64,000 bases of DNA from Myxococcota bacterium (GCA_039028615.1 JBCCHT010000048.1:29576-93575), one strand, 5' to 3'. Shown: positions 9,368-19,541, numbered from the stretch's first letter. Made by a program: numbers and translations. The notes: generated by a model from the letters alone, not told the origin.

Positions 9368-11401
9368 ATGTCCGGCGATGACGATCGCCTCGGCGCCGAG
9401 TCGCCCTTGCCCGCGCTGCGCCGCGTCCAACCCGAACCCGGCCCGAGCGCTTCGACCTCGTTGCCGCTGGTCGACTCGGGCACGCACCCGGTCGTCGACG
9501 TCGGGGCGGCGCCGACTCTCGTCTCGGCGTCCTCGTTCGATGGTTCCGAGCCAGGCGAGGACGAGGTCGACGACGAGCCCCCCGAGAGCTTCGGCCTCCG
9601 CTACGGCGACCTCGGCATGCTCGGGCGCGGTGGCATGGGCGAGGTCCGCCTCGCTCGCGAGCAACACGTGGGACGCCGCGTCGCGCTGAAGGTCATCCGT
9701 CGCGGTCGAGCCCATCGCCCTCGCTCGCGCGCCCGCTTCATGCGGGAGGCCCGGATCCAGGCGCAGCTCGAGCACCCCGCCGTCGTCCCGGTCTACGACC
9801 TCTCCCAGACCCCCGACGGCCGCCCCTACTTCACCATGAAGCGGGTCAGCGGCGTCACCCTCGAGGAGGTCGTGGGCAGCCTGCGCGCCGAGGACTCGCA
9901 GTCGCACGAGAACTACTCGCGTCGCCGCCTGCTCGAGGCGTTCTCCCGCGTGTGCCTGGCCGTCGACTACGTGCACAAAAGCGGCGTCCTGCACCGCGAC
10001 CTCAAGCCCAGCAACGTCATGCTCGGACGCTTCGGCGAGGTCTACTTGCTCGACTGGGGCTTGGCCAAGCTGTTCCGAGAGGACCAGGACGAGGTCCTGC
10101 CCGACGATCCGGTCGAGCACTCCGATGCCGCCACGCTCGACGACACGGAGGGCGGCACCGAAGGCGGCACCAAGGCGGGCGAGCTGATGGGCACGCCCGG
10201 CTACATGTCGCCCGAGCAGATCGACGGCGGCGGCCGGGAGCTCGACGAGCGGGCCGACATCTACTCGCTGGGGGCCATCCTCTTCGAGCTGCTGACCTTC
10301 CAGCCCCTGCACGCGCCGGGCCCCGTGCAGCGCAAGATCGGCTCCACCATTCGCGGCGCCGATGCCCGGGCGCATCAACGCTTTCCCGAGCGCGACATCC
10401 CGCCCGAGCTCGAGGCCATCTGCGTCAAGGCGACCGCCGACGAGCCGGAGGATCGCCACGCCAGCGCGCGGGCCCTGGCCCAGGCCGTAGAGTCGTTCCT
10501 CGATGGCGACCGCGACCTCACCCTGCGCCGCGAGATGGCCCACCGCTGGGCCGGCCTGGCCGAGGTCGCCGCGGAAGAGGCCATCGCCAAGGGGAGCCTC
10601 GAGGCCCGCAGCCGCGCCCTGGAGCACGCCAGTCGAGCCATGGCCCTCGACCCCGGCCACGAGCGTGCGCGCTCGACCTTCGTGCGACTGCTGCTCGAGC
10701 CACCGCGGACCATGCCGACCGCCGCGGCCGAGAGCGTGCTCGAGGCCGACCGCGCCGCGGAGCGAGTCTCGGCCCGCGGGGGCGCGTTCGGCTACACCGC
10801 GTGGCTGTTCTTCCTGCCCTTCGTCACCTGGATGGGAGTCCGCCACTGGGGCCTCGTCGTCGCCCTCATCGCCTGCGTGCTCGTGGCCCTGGGGTCGAGC
10901 CTGGTCGCGATCAAGCACGTCAAGCCCGAGGTCTGGGCGCGGCCCCTGGCCTTCGTCGCTGGCCTGGGCGCGCTGGCCTTGCTGGGGCGCCTGTTCGGCC
11001 CGCTGGTGCTCGTACCGGGCCTCGCCGCGACCAACACCGCGGCCGTGCTCGTGCACGCGTCACGACGCCGCCGAATCTTCTACGTGAGCGCAGCCGCGGC
11101 CGTGGTGGTGCTGCCCCTGCTCGGCGAGGTGCTGGGCTGGCTGCCGCGCTCGTACACCTTCGTCGACGGGGGCGTGATGATCATGCCGCACATGGCCGAC
11201 CTGCCCGAGGTGGCCTCCATGACCTTCCTAATCGCGGCCACCATCACCGCGATCGTGGTGCCGCCGCTGCTGCTCGCGCGCACCCGCGATGGCCTGCGGG
11301 CGGCCGAGCGCAAGCTCGCGCTGCACGCCTGGCAGATGGAGCAGCTGCTGCCCCGATCCGCCCGCCCGCTGGTCAACCGCACCAGCAGCGAAGGGTTCTA
11401 G
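9368..11401 (+). CDS. Ser/Thr protein kinase with multi-pass C-terminal membrane domain
   Basis: GRGGMG, VALK, HRDLKPSN, DWG and GTPGYMSPEQ are all intact. About 5-6 hydrophobic helices at the C-terminus. Confidence 0.92.
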   Translation: MSGDDDRLGAESPLPALRRVQPEPGPSASTSLPLVDSGTHPVVDVGAAPTLVSASSFDGSEPGEDEVDDEPPESFGLRYGDLGMLGRGGMGEVRLAREQHVGRRVALKVIRRGRAHRPRSRARFMREARIQAQLEHPAVVPVYDLSQTPDGRPYFTMKRVSGVTLEEVVGSLRAEDSQSHENYSRRRLLEAFSRVCLAVDYVHKSGVLHRDLKPSNVMLGRFGEVYLLDWGLAKLFREDQDEVLPDDPVEHSDAATLDDTEGGTEGGTKAGELMGTPGYMSPEQIDGGGRELDERADIYSLGAILFELLTFQPLHAPGPVQRKIGSTIRGADARAHQRFPERDIPPELEAICVKATADEPEDRHASARALAQAVESFLDGDRDLTLRREMAHRWAGLAEVAAEEAIAKGSLEARSRALEHASRAMALDPGHERARSTFVRLLLEPPRTMPTAAAESVLEADRAAERVSARGGAFGYTAWLFFLPFVTWMGVRHWGLVVALIACVLVALGSSLVAIKHVKPEVWARPLAFVAGLGALALLGRLFGPLVLVPGLAATNTAAVLVHASRRRRIFYVSAAAAVVVLPLLGEVLGWLPRSYTFVDGGVMIMPHMADLPEVASMTFLIAATITAIVVPPLLLARTRDGLRAAERKLALHAWQMEQLLPRSARPLVNRTSSEGF

Positions 11402-11403
11402 CG

Positions 11404-12939
11404 TCAGCCGCGGGCCAGCGCGGGCCAGCGCGGGTGCTCGGGGTCGGCAAGGAGCTGGCGGACGGCCTGGGGGAGCGCCTCGGCGATGTCCAGCGCGACC
11501 GGTCCGGGGCCGTCGCCGAGCTGCTCGCCCGCCAGGCCGTGCACGTGCACCGCGATCCGAGCGGCCGCGGACACGGGCACGCCCCGCGCCAGCAGCGAGC
11601 CTCCCAGGCCCGCCAGCACATCGCCCGAGCCCGCCGTCGCGAGGGCTGGACCCCCGCTGACCGCCACCCAGGTAATGCCGTCGGGGGCGGCGATGAGGCT
11701 CCCCTCCCCTTTGAGCACGACGAAGGCATGGGTCGCGCCCGCCAACCGTCGGGCCGACTCCAGGCGCTCGGCCTGCACCAGCGCCGCCGACCAGCCCACG
11801 TCGGGCTCGAGCCGCGACAACAGCCGCGCCGCCTCCCCGGGGTGCGGCGTCAGGATGCGAGAGCCGGCTGGCTGCGCTCCATCGAGCGGCACGTGGTCCA
11901 GCGCGCTGGCGTCCCACAATGCAGGCCGCGGATCCTGGAGGTACAGCCGCGGCAGGGCCTCGTGCGACGCGGGATCGGTGAGCCCGGGTCCGACCACCAG
12001 GGCCTGAGCGCGGCGCAGAAGCTCGGCCGGGTCGGCCACGAAGGGCGCCGTCATCAGCTCGGGTCGAGACACGACCATGGCCGCGCCGAGGCCCGGATCC
12101 GGGCTCGCCACCGTCACCAAGCCCGTGCCCCCGCGCAGCGCAGCGATACCCGCCAAGATGGCCGCGCCCGTGGTCCCCGGGCTTCCGCCCACGATGCCCA
12201 GGTGCCCCCGCTGCCCCTTGTGGGCGCCCGCGGGCAGCCGGCTCAGCGTGGTGCTCACCCCCTGCGGATCGAGCAGGGCCACGCGATCGTCGACGGCCGG
12301 AGGCTCGACCAGGCCGATGTCGGCCACCACCACCCGGCCGGCGTGGGCGCGCCCCGGGGTGATGTGCAGCCCGGGCTTGCTGCGAGCGAAGGTCACCGTG
12401 CAGCGCGCGTGCACGGCCAGGCCCGCCACCACGCCCGTATCCGGGTCGATGCCCGTGGGAAGGTCGATCGCGACGCAGCGCGCCTCGTGCTCGGCCAGCC
12501 ACTGCACCGCCTCGCCGACGCTGCCTCGCGGTACGCCGCGGCTCCCCGTGCCGAGCAGCGCGTCCACCCACAGGCGGCTCGCGTCCTGCTCGCAGGGAAG
12601 ACCGCGGTGCACCACCACGCCCATCGCCCGAGCCAAGGTCAGCTGCTCGGCCACCGCGGCGTTGTGGGACTCGGTGACCAACCACGCGACCGCGTCGATC
12701 CCCCAGCCCCGCAGCTGCCGGGCCACCGCCAGGCCGTCGCCGCCGTTGTTGCCCGGCCCGACCAGCACGCCGACCTTGCCGTCGTGCGCCCCGGCCATGG
12801 CCGCGACCTCCTGCGAGACACACAGCGCCGCCCGCTCCATGAGCAGCAGCGACGGCACCCGCAAGGTGTCCATGGTGTGACGATCGCTGGCGGCCGCCGT
12901 CGCGGCCGTCCACAGCAGCGCGGGCGCGGAACTCTTCAT
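11404..12939 (-). CDS. nnr: Bifunctional NAD(P)H-hydrate epimerase/dehydratase (YjeF/Nnr)
   Basis: 'LMERAA', 'GPGNNGGDG', 'DALLGTG', 'DLPTG', 'HKGQRG', 'LTPHPGEA', 'ATAGSGDVLAG'. Confidence 0.95.
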   Translation of the reverse strand: MKSSAPALLWTAATAAASDRHTMDTLRVPSLLLMERAALCVSQEVAAMAGAHDGKVGVLVGPGNNGGDGLAVARQLRGWGIDAVAWLVTESHNAAVAEQLTLARAMGVVVHRGLPCEQDASRLWVDALLGTGSRGVPRGSVGEAVQWLAEHEARCVAIDLPTGIDPDTGVVAGLAVHARCTVTFARSKPGLHITPGRAHAGRVVVADIGLVEPPAVDDRVALLDPQGVSTTLSRLPAGAHKGQRGHLGIVGGSPGTTGAAILAGIAALRGGTGLVTVASPDPGLGAAMVVSRPELMTAPFVADPAELLRRAQALVVGPGLTDPASHEALPRLYLQDPRPALWDASALDHVPLDGAQPAGSRILTPHPGEAARLLSRLEPDVGWSAALVQAERLESARRLAGATHAFVVLKGEGSLIAAPDGITWVAVSGGPALATAGSGDVLAGLGGSLLARGVPVSAAARIAVHVHGLAGEQLGDGPGPVALDIAEALPQAVRQLLADPEHPRWPALARG

Positions 12940-13316
12940 GCGACCGCCACCGCCACGGCCGCCGCCATGCCCCCGGCATGCGTGATCGACAGCAGCATCG
13001 ACGTCACCCCGCGGGCCTCGGCCACTTCACGGGCCCGCCCCGCCATGATCACCTTGGGCCCGTGCTCTCCCGAGCGCGCGGGCATCACCTCGACATCGTG
13101 CCAGCCGATGCCCTTGGGGGCCCCCAGCGCCTTGCTGGTGGCCTCTTTCGCGGCGAAGCGAGCGGCCAGGCACTCCCAGGGCAGCGCGCGACCGAAGCAA
13201 TAGTCGGCCTCGCGCTGGGTGCAGATACGCAGCACGAAGCGGTCCCCGTGGCGCTCCACCGCCCGCTGCATCCGCTCCACCGGACACAGGTCGAGGCCCA
13301 GGCCCACGACGCTCAT
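12936..13316 (-). CDS. acpS: Holo-[acyl-carrier-protein] synthase
   Basis: 'GLGLDL', '[16 protein letters not shown]', 'LLSITH'. Confidence 0.95.
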   Translation of the reverse strand: MSVVGLGLDLCPVERMQRAVERHGDRFVLRICTQREADYCFGRALPWECLAARFAAKEATSKALGAPKGIGWHDVEVMPARSGEHGPKVIMAGRAREVAEARGVTSMLLSITHAGGMAAAVAVAVA

Positions 13317-14668
13317 GTGGGCGCTCCGAGCTCGCTGGCAGCCGCATCGAGGATCTTGTCGATCTGCGCCCCGATCCCGGCGTCGTCCGCCGCCTCGACC
13401 ATCACGCGGAGCTTGGCTTCGGTGCCCGAGTAGCGCACGAGCACCCGCCCCGTGTCGCCGAGCTCGGCCTCGACGTCGCGGATGGCTCGGCTGACGCCGG
13501 GCAGGCGATCGATGGGGGTCTTGCGCCCGACCTTGAGGCTGCGGGTCACCTGGGGGAAGCGGGTCATCACGCTCGCGAGCTTGGACAAGGGGCTGCCCGT
13601 GCGCTGCATGATGGTGAGCACCTGCAGGCCCGCGACCAAGCCGTCGCCCGTGGTGGCGTTGTCGAGGAACACCAGGTGCCCCGACTGCTCACCCCCGAGG
13701 TTGTAGCCGCCCGCCCGCATCGCCTCGACCACGTAGCGGTCGCCGACCGGGGTCCGCACCAGCTGCAAGCCGACCTCTTCGAGCGAGCGCTCGAGACCCA
13801 GGTTCGACATCACGGTGGCCACCACCGCGCCGCCCTGGAGCTCGCCGCGCAGGGCCATGTCGCGGGCACACATGCACATCAGCACGTCCCCGTCGACGGC
13901 CTCGCCCCGCTCGTCGCACATCACCGCCCGGTCCGCGTCGCCGTCGAGCGCCAGCCCGAGGTCGGCCCCGTGCTCGCGCACCGCCTCCTGGATGCGCTCG
14001 GGGTGCATGGCCCCGACGCCGTCATTGATGTTGGTGCCGTTGGGCTCGCAGCCGATGGCGATGACCTCGGCCCCCAGCTCGCGCAGCACGGTGGGCGCCA
14101 CCCGATAGCCCGCCCCGTGGGCACAGTCGACGACGATCTTCAGCCCGTCGAGGTCGTGCTCGGAGGAGAACGCCTGCTTGACGCGGGTCAGGTAGCGCCC
14201 GGCCGCATCGTCGAGACGGAACGCGCGGCCGATGTCGGCGCCCCGCGCCCGGTGCTCGTCGAGATCCGATTCCATCAGCATCTCGAGATGAGCCTCGACG
14301 TCGTCGGGCAGCTTGTACCCGTTGCCTGCGAACAGCTTGATCCCGTTGTCGGCGAAGTGGTTGTGGCTCGCCGAGATGACGACGCCGGCCGACGCCCGCA
14401 GCGACTGCGTGATGTAGGCGATGCCCGGGGTCGGCAGCGGCCCGACCAGCGTCACGTCGGCTCCCACCGCACACAGCCCGGAGGTCAGCGCGCTCTCGAA
14501 GAGGTAGCCCGAAAGCCGCGTGTCCTTGCCGACGACGATGGTTCCATCGCGACCGAAGTGGGCGGCGACCGCCATCCCCACTCGCATCGCCGTCTCCGGG
14601 GTCATGGGTGAGGCGTTGGCCTCACCGCGAATCCCGTCGGTCCCGAAGAATCGGCGCGCGTTACCCAT
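13313..14668 (-). CDS. glmM: Phosphoglucosamine mutase
   Basis: 'FFGTDGIRG', 'GKDTRLSGY', 'ISASHN', 'DGDADR', 'GGEQSGH', 'RYSGTE'. Confidence 0.97.
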   Translation of the reverse strand: MGNARRFFGTDGIRGEANASPMTPETAMRVGMAVAAHFGRDGTIVVGKDTRLSGYLFESALTSGLCAVGADVTLVGPLPTPGIAYITQSLRASAGVVISASHNHFADNGIKLFAGNGYKLPDDVEAHLEMLMESDLDEHRARGADIGRAFRLDDAAGRYLTRVKQAFSSEHDLDGLKIVVDCAHGAGYRVAPTVLRELGAEVIAIGCEPNGTNINDGVGAMHPERIQEAVREHGADLGLALDGDADRAVMCDERGEAVDGDVLMCMCARDMALRGELQGGAVVATVMSNLGLERSLEEVGLQLVRTPVGDRYVVEAMRAGGYNLGGEQSGHLVFLDNATTGDGLVAGLQVLTIMQRTGSPLSKLASVMTRFPQVTRSLKVGRKTPIDRLPGVSRAIRDVEAELGDTGRVLVRYSGTEAKLRVMVEAADDAGIGAQIDKILDAAASELGAPT

Positions 14669-14676
14669 GAGGGATG

Positions 14677-14705
14677 GATCTACCGCCCTCCCGCGGGACG
14701 CTCAA
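14677..14705 (-). promoter_or_regulatory. Putative sigma70 promoter of glmM (near-leaderless)
   Basis: TTGAGC-17 nt-TAGATC, 8 nt upstream of the glmM ATG, with no SD. Confidence 0.5.
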
Positions 14706-14732
14706 CACCCGTGTCCGTGTGCCTACTCGGCC

Positions 14733-15758
14733 CTACTCGGGCGGCGGCAGGTCGAGGGTGGGTGCCGGGGGCGGAGGCTCGGGCAGCGGCACGCGCTCGA
14801 CCTCACGGTCGAGGTTCAGGCGCTCCCGCAGGTCGGCCGAGACCTCGTCGAGCCAGGAAAATCGCACTTCCGCGACCCCGCCCCCCTCGCCTTCGCCCTC
14901 GCCGCGCACGGCCTCCGCCTCCACGGGCGGGCTCAGCTCCATGCCGTCCAGGAGCCGGAAATCCGGCAGCGGGCCCGCGACTTCCACCTCGTAGGTCCGC
15001 GGCACCACCCCCATGGGGTCGAGGTCCCGCGACACGGCCACCGTCACCGTGTAGCGCCGGGTCTCGTGGCGGGCGTTGATCACCGCGCGGACGGTCACCA
15101 CCGCCCCCTCGCCGTCGGTATCCATCAGCGAAACCCCGTCCGGGGGCAGCTTGAGGGGACGCGCGGCTTCCACGTCGTGGTCGGCCCCGTCGATGTCCAG
15201 CGCCTGCGCCAACAGCTGCTCGACGCGATCGACCCGCGACTTCCCCCCGCGTACCCGCCAGCGACTGGGCCGCACCTCGACCCCCACCAGCTCGTAGTCG
15301 AGCGCGGGTTCGCCCGAGACCTGCGACTTCACCACCAGCTCGCGCTCGACGATCTCGTCGAAGCGCAGGTCGACCTTGTCGTACTGCACCCCGGCCAGCA
15401 CCACCCCCGAGGGCATCACGATCCCGCCCCGATCGATGTCGAGCGGCCCGGGGCGCGCCTCCTCGAGGTCGAGCACCGCCGTTCCGAAGTCGTAGTCCTG
15501 CAGCCGGTTGATCCGCGCCCAGGGCCCGCGTGCCTGCACCTGGATGGTCTCGGGCAGCTCGGTCATGAGCACCCGCTGCGGGTCGTCGATGACGCGCAGC
15601 GGCACCGTGAACACCCGGGTGACGTCGTCGCGGCTGAACACGAACATCACCGCCGCCAGCACGAATGCGATGGCCTTGAGCCCCCAGTTGCGGAACAGAA
15701 GATCCGCCATGAAGCGCATCGGCGTCGGCCGTGGCGGGAGCGGCTCGGCTCGCCTCAT
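14733..15758 (-). CDS. cdaR: CdaR/YbbR-domain regulator of diadenylate cyclase
   Basis: 'FRNWGLKAIAFVLA' TM followed by YbbR-like repeats ('ETIQVQARGP', 'VEVRPSRWRVRG'). Lies between dacA and glmM. Start re-called to the ATGA overlap at 15758. Confidence 0.85.
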   Translation of the reverse strand: MRRAEPLPPRPTPMRFMADLLFRNWGLKAIAFVLAAVMFVFSRDDVTRVFTVPLRVIDDPQRVLMTELPETIQVQARGPWARINRLQDYDFGTAVLDLEEARPGPLDIDRGGIVMPSGVVLAGVQYDKVDLRFDEIVERELVVKSQVSGEPALDYELVGVEVRPSRWRVRGGKSRVDRVEQLLAQALDIDGADHDVEAARPLKLPPDGVSLMDTDGEGAVVTVRAVINARHETRRYTVTVAVSRDLDPMGVVPRTYEVEVAGPLPDFRLLDGMELSPPVEAEAVRGEGEGEGGGVAEVRFSWLDEVSADLRERLNLDREVERVPLPEPPPPAPTLDLPPPE

Positions 15759-16831
15759 GCCTTGTTGGCCTCCACGCTCACCCGCAGCCCGCTCTCGGAC
15801 TCGTCTCGCGGCCGGATGATGGCGCTCGAACGAAGGCCGCTCTCCGCTTCGTCCTTGGGCCGGATGATCGCGTTGGAGCGGGTCGTCTCCGACTCGTCGC
15901 GGCGACGCACGGAGCCGACCCGGCTGGAGCTCTCGGGCTCGTCTCGGCGTCGGATCACGGCGCTGCGGTCCAGGTCGAGGCGGGACATGTCGGCGCGCGA
16001 CAGCTCGGAGGTCGACAGCTCCGCCTGGCTCTCGGAGGCCCCGGCGGGCGCCCGGGTAGCCTCGGCCCGCGGCGTGGTGAGCCACTCGGTGATGCGCGCC
16101 TCGAGCTCGGAGACGCGCAGCGCCTCGGTCATCTGTCCGTGCTGCACCAGCCGCAGCTCGCCCCGCTCCTCGCTCACCACCAGCGCGAGGGCGTCGGTCT
16201 CCTCGGTGCACCCGATGGCCGCCCGATGGCGCGTGCCGAAGCGCGGGTCGAGGTGCTGCTCGGTCAGCGGGCAGATGATGCCGGCCCGGGCGATCCGCAG
16301 GTCCTCGATCAAGATCCCGCCGTCGTGGGCGGTGTTGACCGCATGCGGCACGCACAGCGCGACCAGGGTCTCCGAGCGCAGCGGAGCGTCGATGCGAGCG
16401 CCGCGGTGGGTCGCCACCGCGAGCATGTCGATCTCGCCCTGCAGGATGACCAGGGCGCCGACGCGCGCTCGCTTGAGCCGCTCGAGGCTGGCCACCAGCT
16501 CGCCCACCGCGGACTCGGCCGCCTCCCGTCGCCCCGCGGGCAGGAGCCGCTGGCCGATGTACAGCAACGCCCGCCGCAGCTCCTGCTGGAACACCACGAT
16601 GACCAGCAAGATCACCGACGAGAACACGTACTTGAGCAGGCTGGCGACCGCGATGAGGTCGAGCGCCTGCACCGTCCACGCGAGCACGCCGAACGAGGCC
16701 ACCGCCACCAACACGGGCGCCGCCCGGGTGCCCTGGACGACGCGCAGCAGCCAGTACGCGATGAGGAAGAGCAGCCCGAAGTCGAGCCCGTCCCGCCACG
16801 TAAAGGCCGATATGAACTCGGTGGGACTCAA
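15755..16831 (-). CDS. dacA: Membrane-bound diadenylate cyclase (CdaA/DacA)
   Basis: Three N-terminal TMs, 'VVFQQELRRAL', 'VGALVI', DAC motifs 'HDGGI' and 'GTRHRAAIG', 'VVSEERG'. TTG start overlaps the folP stop. Confidence 0.92.
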   Translation of the reverse strand: MSPTEFISAFTWRDGLDFGLLFLIAYWLLRVVQGTRAAPVLVAVASFGVLAWTVQALDLIAVASLLKYVFSSVILLVIVVFQQELRRALLYIGQRLLPAGRREAAESAVGELVASLERLKRARVGALVILQGEIDMLAVATHRGARIDAPLRSETLVALCVPHAVNTAHDGGILIEDLRIARAGIICPLTEQHLDPRFGTRHRAAIGCTEETDALALVVSEERGELRLVQHGQMTEALRVSELEARITEWLTTPRAEATRAPAGASESQAELSTSELSRADMSRLDLDRSAVIRRRDEPESSSRVGSVRRRDESETTRSNAIIRPKDEAESGLRSSAIIRPRDESESGLRVSVEANKA

Positions 16832-17778
16832 GCTCGAGCCTCCCCGGCCGCAGCGTTCGGTCCCGACAACTGCTCGAAGGCGGAGCGAATGCCCCGGGCC
16901 ACCGAGACCGCCTGCACCGTCTCGCGGACATCGTGCACTCGCAGCACGCTCGCGCCGTGCTGCACCGCCATGATCGCGGCGGCGAGGCTGCCCGGCAGTC
17001 GCTGCTCGGCCGCGGGGGTGTCGGTCGCGATGACGCCCAAGAAGCTCTTGCGACTCGCCCCGATCAGCACCGCGCAACCCGTGGCTTCCCGCAGTGCCTC
17101 GGAGGCCGCGACCAAGGCCGCGCTCTGCTGGGCGGTCTTGCCGAAGCCGATGCCCGGGTCCACGAGGATCCGGTCGCGCTCGATCCCCCCGGCCACGGCC
17201 GCGTCGACGCGCGCCACGAGTTCATCGGTCACCTCGCGCACCACGTCGTCGAAGGCGACCTGCGTCTGCATCGTCTGCGGCCGACCGCGAAGGTGTCCGA
17301 TGACCAGGCCGGCGTTGGCCTCGGCCACCACCGCGATCATGCGAAGGTCCGCGAGCCCGCTGATGTCGTTGGCGATGCTCGCCCCCGCCGCCAGCGCCTG
17401 CGCAGCCACGTCGGCGCGCCGCGTGTCGACGCTGATCGGAACCTCGCGTAGCGCCGCGTCGGCGTGCAGCGCCGCGATGAGCGGCACGACACGACGGGCT
17501 TCCTCTGCCTCGGGCACGGGCTCCGCTCCGGGGCGCGTGGACTCGCCGCCGATGTCGAGCAGGTCGGCGCCCTGCGTCACGCAACGACGCGCGTGCTCGA
17601 GCGCCGCATCGAGGGCCGGCGCATGACCATCGTGCAGTCGCCCGCCGTCGAAGAACGAGTCGGGCGTGACGTTGACGATGGCCATGACGCGCGGACGGTC
17701 GAGCGCCATCACGCCGCGCCCATGGGCCCAGTCGCTCGAAGGGCCCGGGGCAACGCCCAGCGGCTCACCGTCCATCAT
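16828..17778 (-). CDS. folP: Dihydropteroate synthase
   Basis: 'MAIVNVTPDSFFDGG', 'DIGGESTRPG', 'DPGIGFGK', 'GASRKSF', 'RVHDV'. Confidence 0.97.
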   Translation of the reverse strand: MMDGEPLGVAPGPSSDWAHGRGVMALDRPRVMAIVNVTPDSFFDGGRLHDGHAPALDAALEHARRCVTQGADLLDIGGESTRPGAEPVPEAEEARRVVPLIAALHADAALREVPISVDTRRADVAAQALAAGASIANDISGLADLRMIAVVAEANAGLVIGHLRGRPQTMQTQVAFDDVVREVTDELVARVDAAVAGGIERDRILVDPGIGFGKTAQQSAALVAASEALREATGCAVLIGASRKSFLGVIATDTPAAEQRLPGSLAAAIMAVQHGASVLRVHDVRETVQAVSVARGIRSAFEQLSGPNAAAGEARA

Positions 17779-17861
17779 CGCGACTCATGGTAGCGCCGCC
17801 AGGCGAAACGCTCACGACTGCGAAATTCGCGCAAGGCAGGATTTTGGTGCTCGCCGAAGTG

Positions 17862-19229
17862 CTACGAGGAAGCCCGAGGGTGTGGCCCCGATCGACGCAC
17901 GCCGCCGCGGCCGAACTGCTTGGCATCGATTCCGTAGCGCCGCAGCAGCTTGTGCAAGTACTTCCGATCCATGTCGGCTTCGCGAGCGGCCCGCGAGATG
18001 TTGCCCTCGGCCCGCTGGAGCAGCCACTGGAGGTAGGCCTCCTCGAAGAACTCGATGGCTCGCTCTTTTTGCTCGCGGAAGGTCAGCGTGGGGTCGAACT
18101 CGATGGGCTCGCCGGGCCCGCTGTTGCGCCGCCCCGCCGTGATGAGGTCGATGACCCCGTCCGGCGACAGATAGGCGCTGCGCTCGACCACGTTGCGAAG
18201 CTCCCGAACATTGCCCGGCCACTCGTAGCCGACCAGGCGGGCCATGGCCTCGGGCCCGGGGGGCTTCCACATGCCCGGAGGCAGGCGTCGCGAGAAGTGC
18301 TCGATGAGCACGGGAATGTCCTCTCGGCGCTCCCGCAGCGGCGGCAGCACGGGATTGACCACCGCAAGCCGGAAGTAGAGGTCTTCGCGGAAGTCACCGC
18401 TGTCGACCTGGTCCCGCAGGGTACGGTCGCACGCCGCCACCACCCGGATCTGGACCTGGACCTCCTCGGTCCCGCCGACGCGACGCAATCGCTGGTTTTC
18501 GAGGACCCGCAGGAGCTTGGGCTGGAGGTCCCGCGGCATCTCGCCGATCTCGTCGAGGAACACCGTCCCCTGGTGGGCGAGCTCCAAGGCCCCCGCGCGC
18601 GTCTCGCCTCCCTCTTCGCGACCGAACAGCTCCGCCTCGATGAGGTCGGGAGCAATGGCGCCACAGTCGACGACCACGAAGGGGCCCTCGGCGCGGTTGG
18701 AGGTCTGGTGCAGAGCCCGAGCCACGAGGTCCTTGCCCGTGCCCGTCTCGCCCTCCAGCAAGATGGTCACCTCCGTCGCGGCGACGCGCTCGAGCACGCC
18801 GAAGATCTTGCGCATGGCCAGACTACGGCCCAGCACCTCGCCGAATCGCTCTTGGTCGCTCGGCAGAATTTCGGCGCGCGCGTCCCGGGGCAAAAACCGC
18901 AGCTGTACCTTGCCGACGCCGAGCACGTCACCGGGCTTGAGATAGCCGTCGGTGACCCGGGCGTTGCCGATGAACGTCCCGTTGGTCGAGCCCTTGTCGG
19001 TGACCCGGTAGTTGTCACCTTCGCGCCTGATCTCGACGTGTTGGCGGCTGATCGAGTCGTCGGGCAAGACCACGTCGCACTGCCGGGACTTGCCCAGCAC
19101 CACCCGCTCGTTCAGGACCTCGATTTCGCGCCCGCGTAGCTCACCGCTGAGCACCTGCAGGCGGTAGCCCTGGTGCCGTACCTCGAGTTCCTCCGGCTGA
19201 ACCTGCGTGGAGTCTTCATGCACGGACAT
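17862..19229 (-). CDS. FHA-domain NtrC-family AAA+ enhancer-binding protein with Fis-type HTH (GAFTGA loop absent)
   Basis: FHA 'LGKS...DDSISRQH...GSTNGT', Walker A GETGTGKD, 'FLDEIGE', 'FREDLYFRL', 'WPGNVREL', HTH '[21 protein letters not shown]'. Start is ATG 19229 or GTG 19223. Confidence 0.92.
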   Translation of the reverse strand: MSVHEDSTQVQPEELEVRHQGYRLQVLSGELRGREIEVLNERVVLGKSRQCDVVLPDDSISRQHVEIRREGDNYRVTDKGSTNGTFIGNARVTDGYLKPGDVLGVGKVQLRFLPRDARAEILPSDQERFGEVLGRSLAMRKIFGVLERVAATEVTILLEGETGTGKDLVARALHQTSNRAEGPFVVVDCGAIAPDLIEAELFGREEGGETRAGALELAHQGTVFLDEIGEMPRDLQPKLLRVLENQRLRRVGGTEEVQVQIRVVAACDRTLRDQVDSGDFREDLYFRLAVVNPVLPPLRERREDIPVLIEHFSRRLPPGMWKPPGPEAMARLVGYEWPGNVRELRNVVERSAYLSPDGVIDLITAGRRNSGPGEPIEFDPTLTFREQKERAIEFFEEAYLQWLLQRAEGNISRAAREADMDRKYLHKLLRRYGIDAKQFGRGGVRRSGPHPRASS

Positions 19230-19358
19230 CAAGCTACCAGCGCAGGCACGACCTCAAAAGAATGCATGGCCCCAAACGCGAACGAGGGCCGCTCGCATCG
19301 CTGCGAACGTCCCTCGTGTGGGTCCGATGGCCCGGACCCGTGGCTCGGCCCTCGGGCC

Positions 19359-19541
19359 TTAGATGTAGAAGTCGACGACCGCGACGCCCCGCTTGGTCTG
19401 CTCGGTGGGCTCGGCCTTTTGGCGCGGGCGGGCGTTCTCGAACTGCGGCCGGTGTAGCGGTAGCTGGAGGCGAGGAGCCTCTTCGGGCGCAGGAGAACGG
19501 CGGCGGGTGGTCGGACGCTCAGAAATCCAGTTTGCTGGCAT
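19359..19541 (-). CDS. Small hypothetical protein (60 aa) ending RGVAVVDFYI
   Basis: ATG 19541 is preceded by a GAGGA SD and a sigma54-type promoter about 50 nt upstream. It is the 3' part of track ORF 19359..19769. Confidence 0.6.
   Translation of the reverse strand: MPANWISERPTTRRRSPAPEEAPRLQLPLHRPQFENARPRQKAEPTEQTKRGVAVVDFYI

Noticed and set aside
7538..13203. Very long alternative ORFs (7538..11056 -, 9952..13203 +)
   Set aside because: They are antisense or off-frame shadows of well-supported genes. Stop codons are scarce in high-GC DNA, and the translations have no recognisable motifs.
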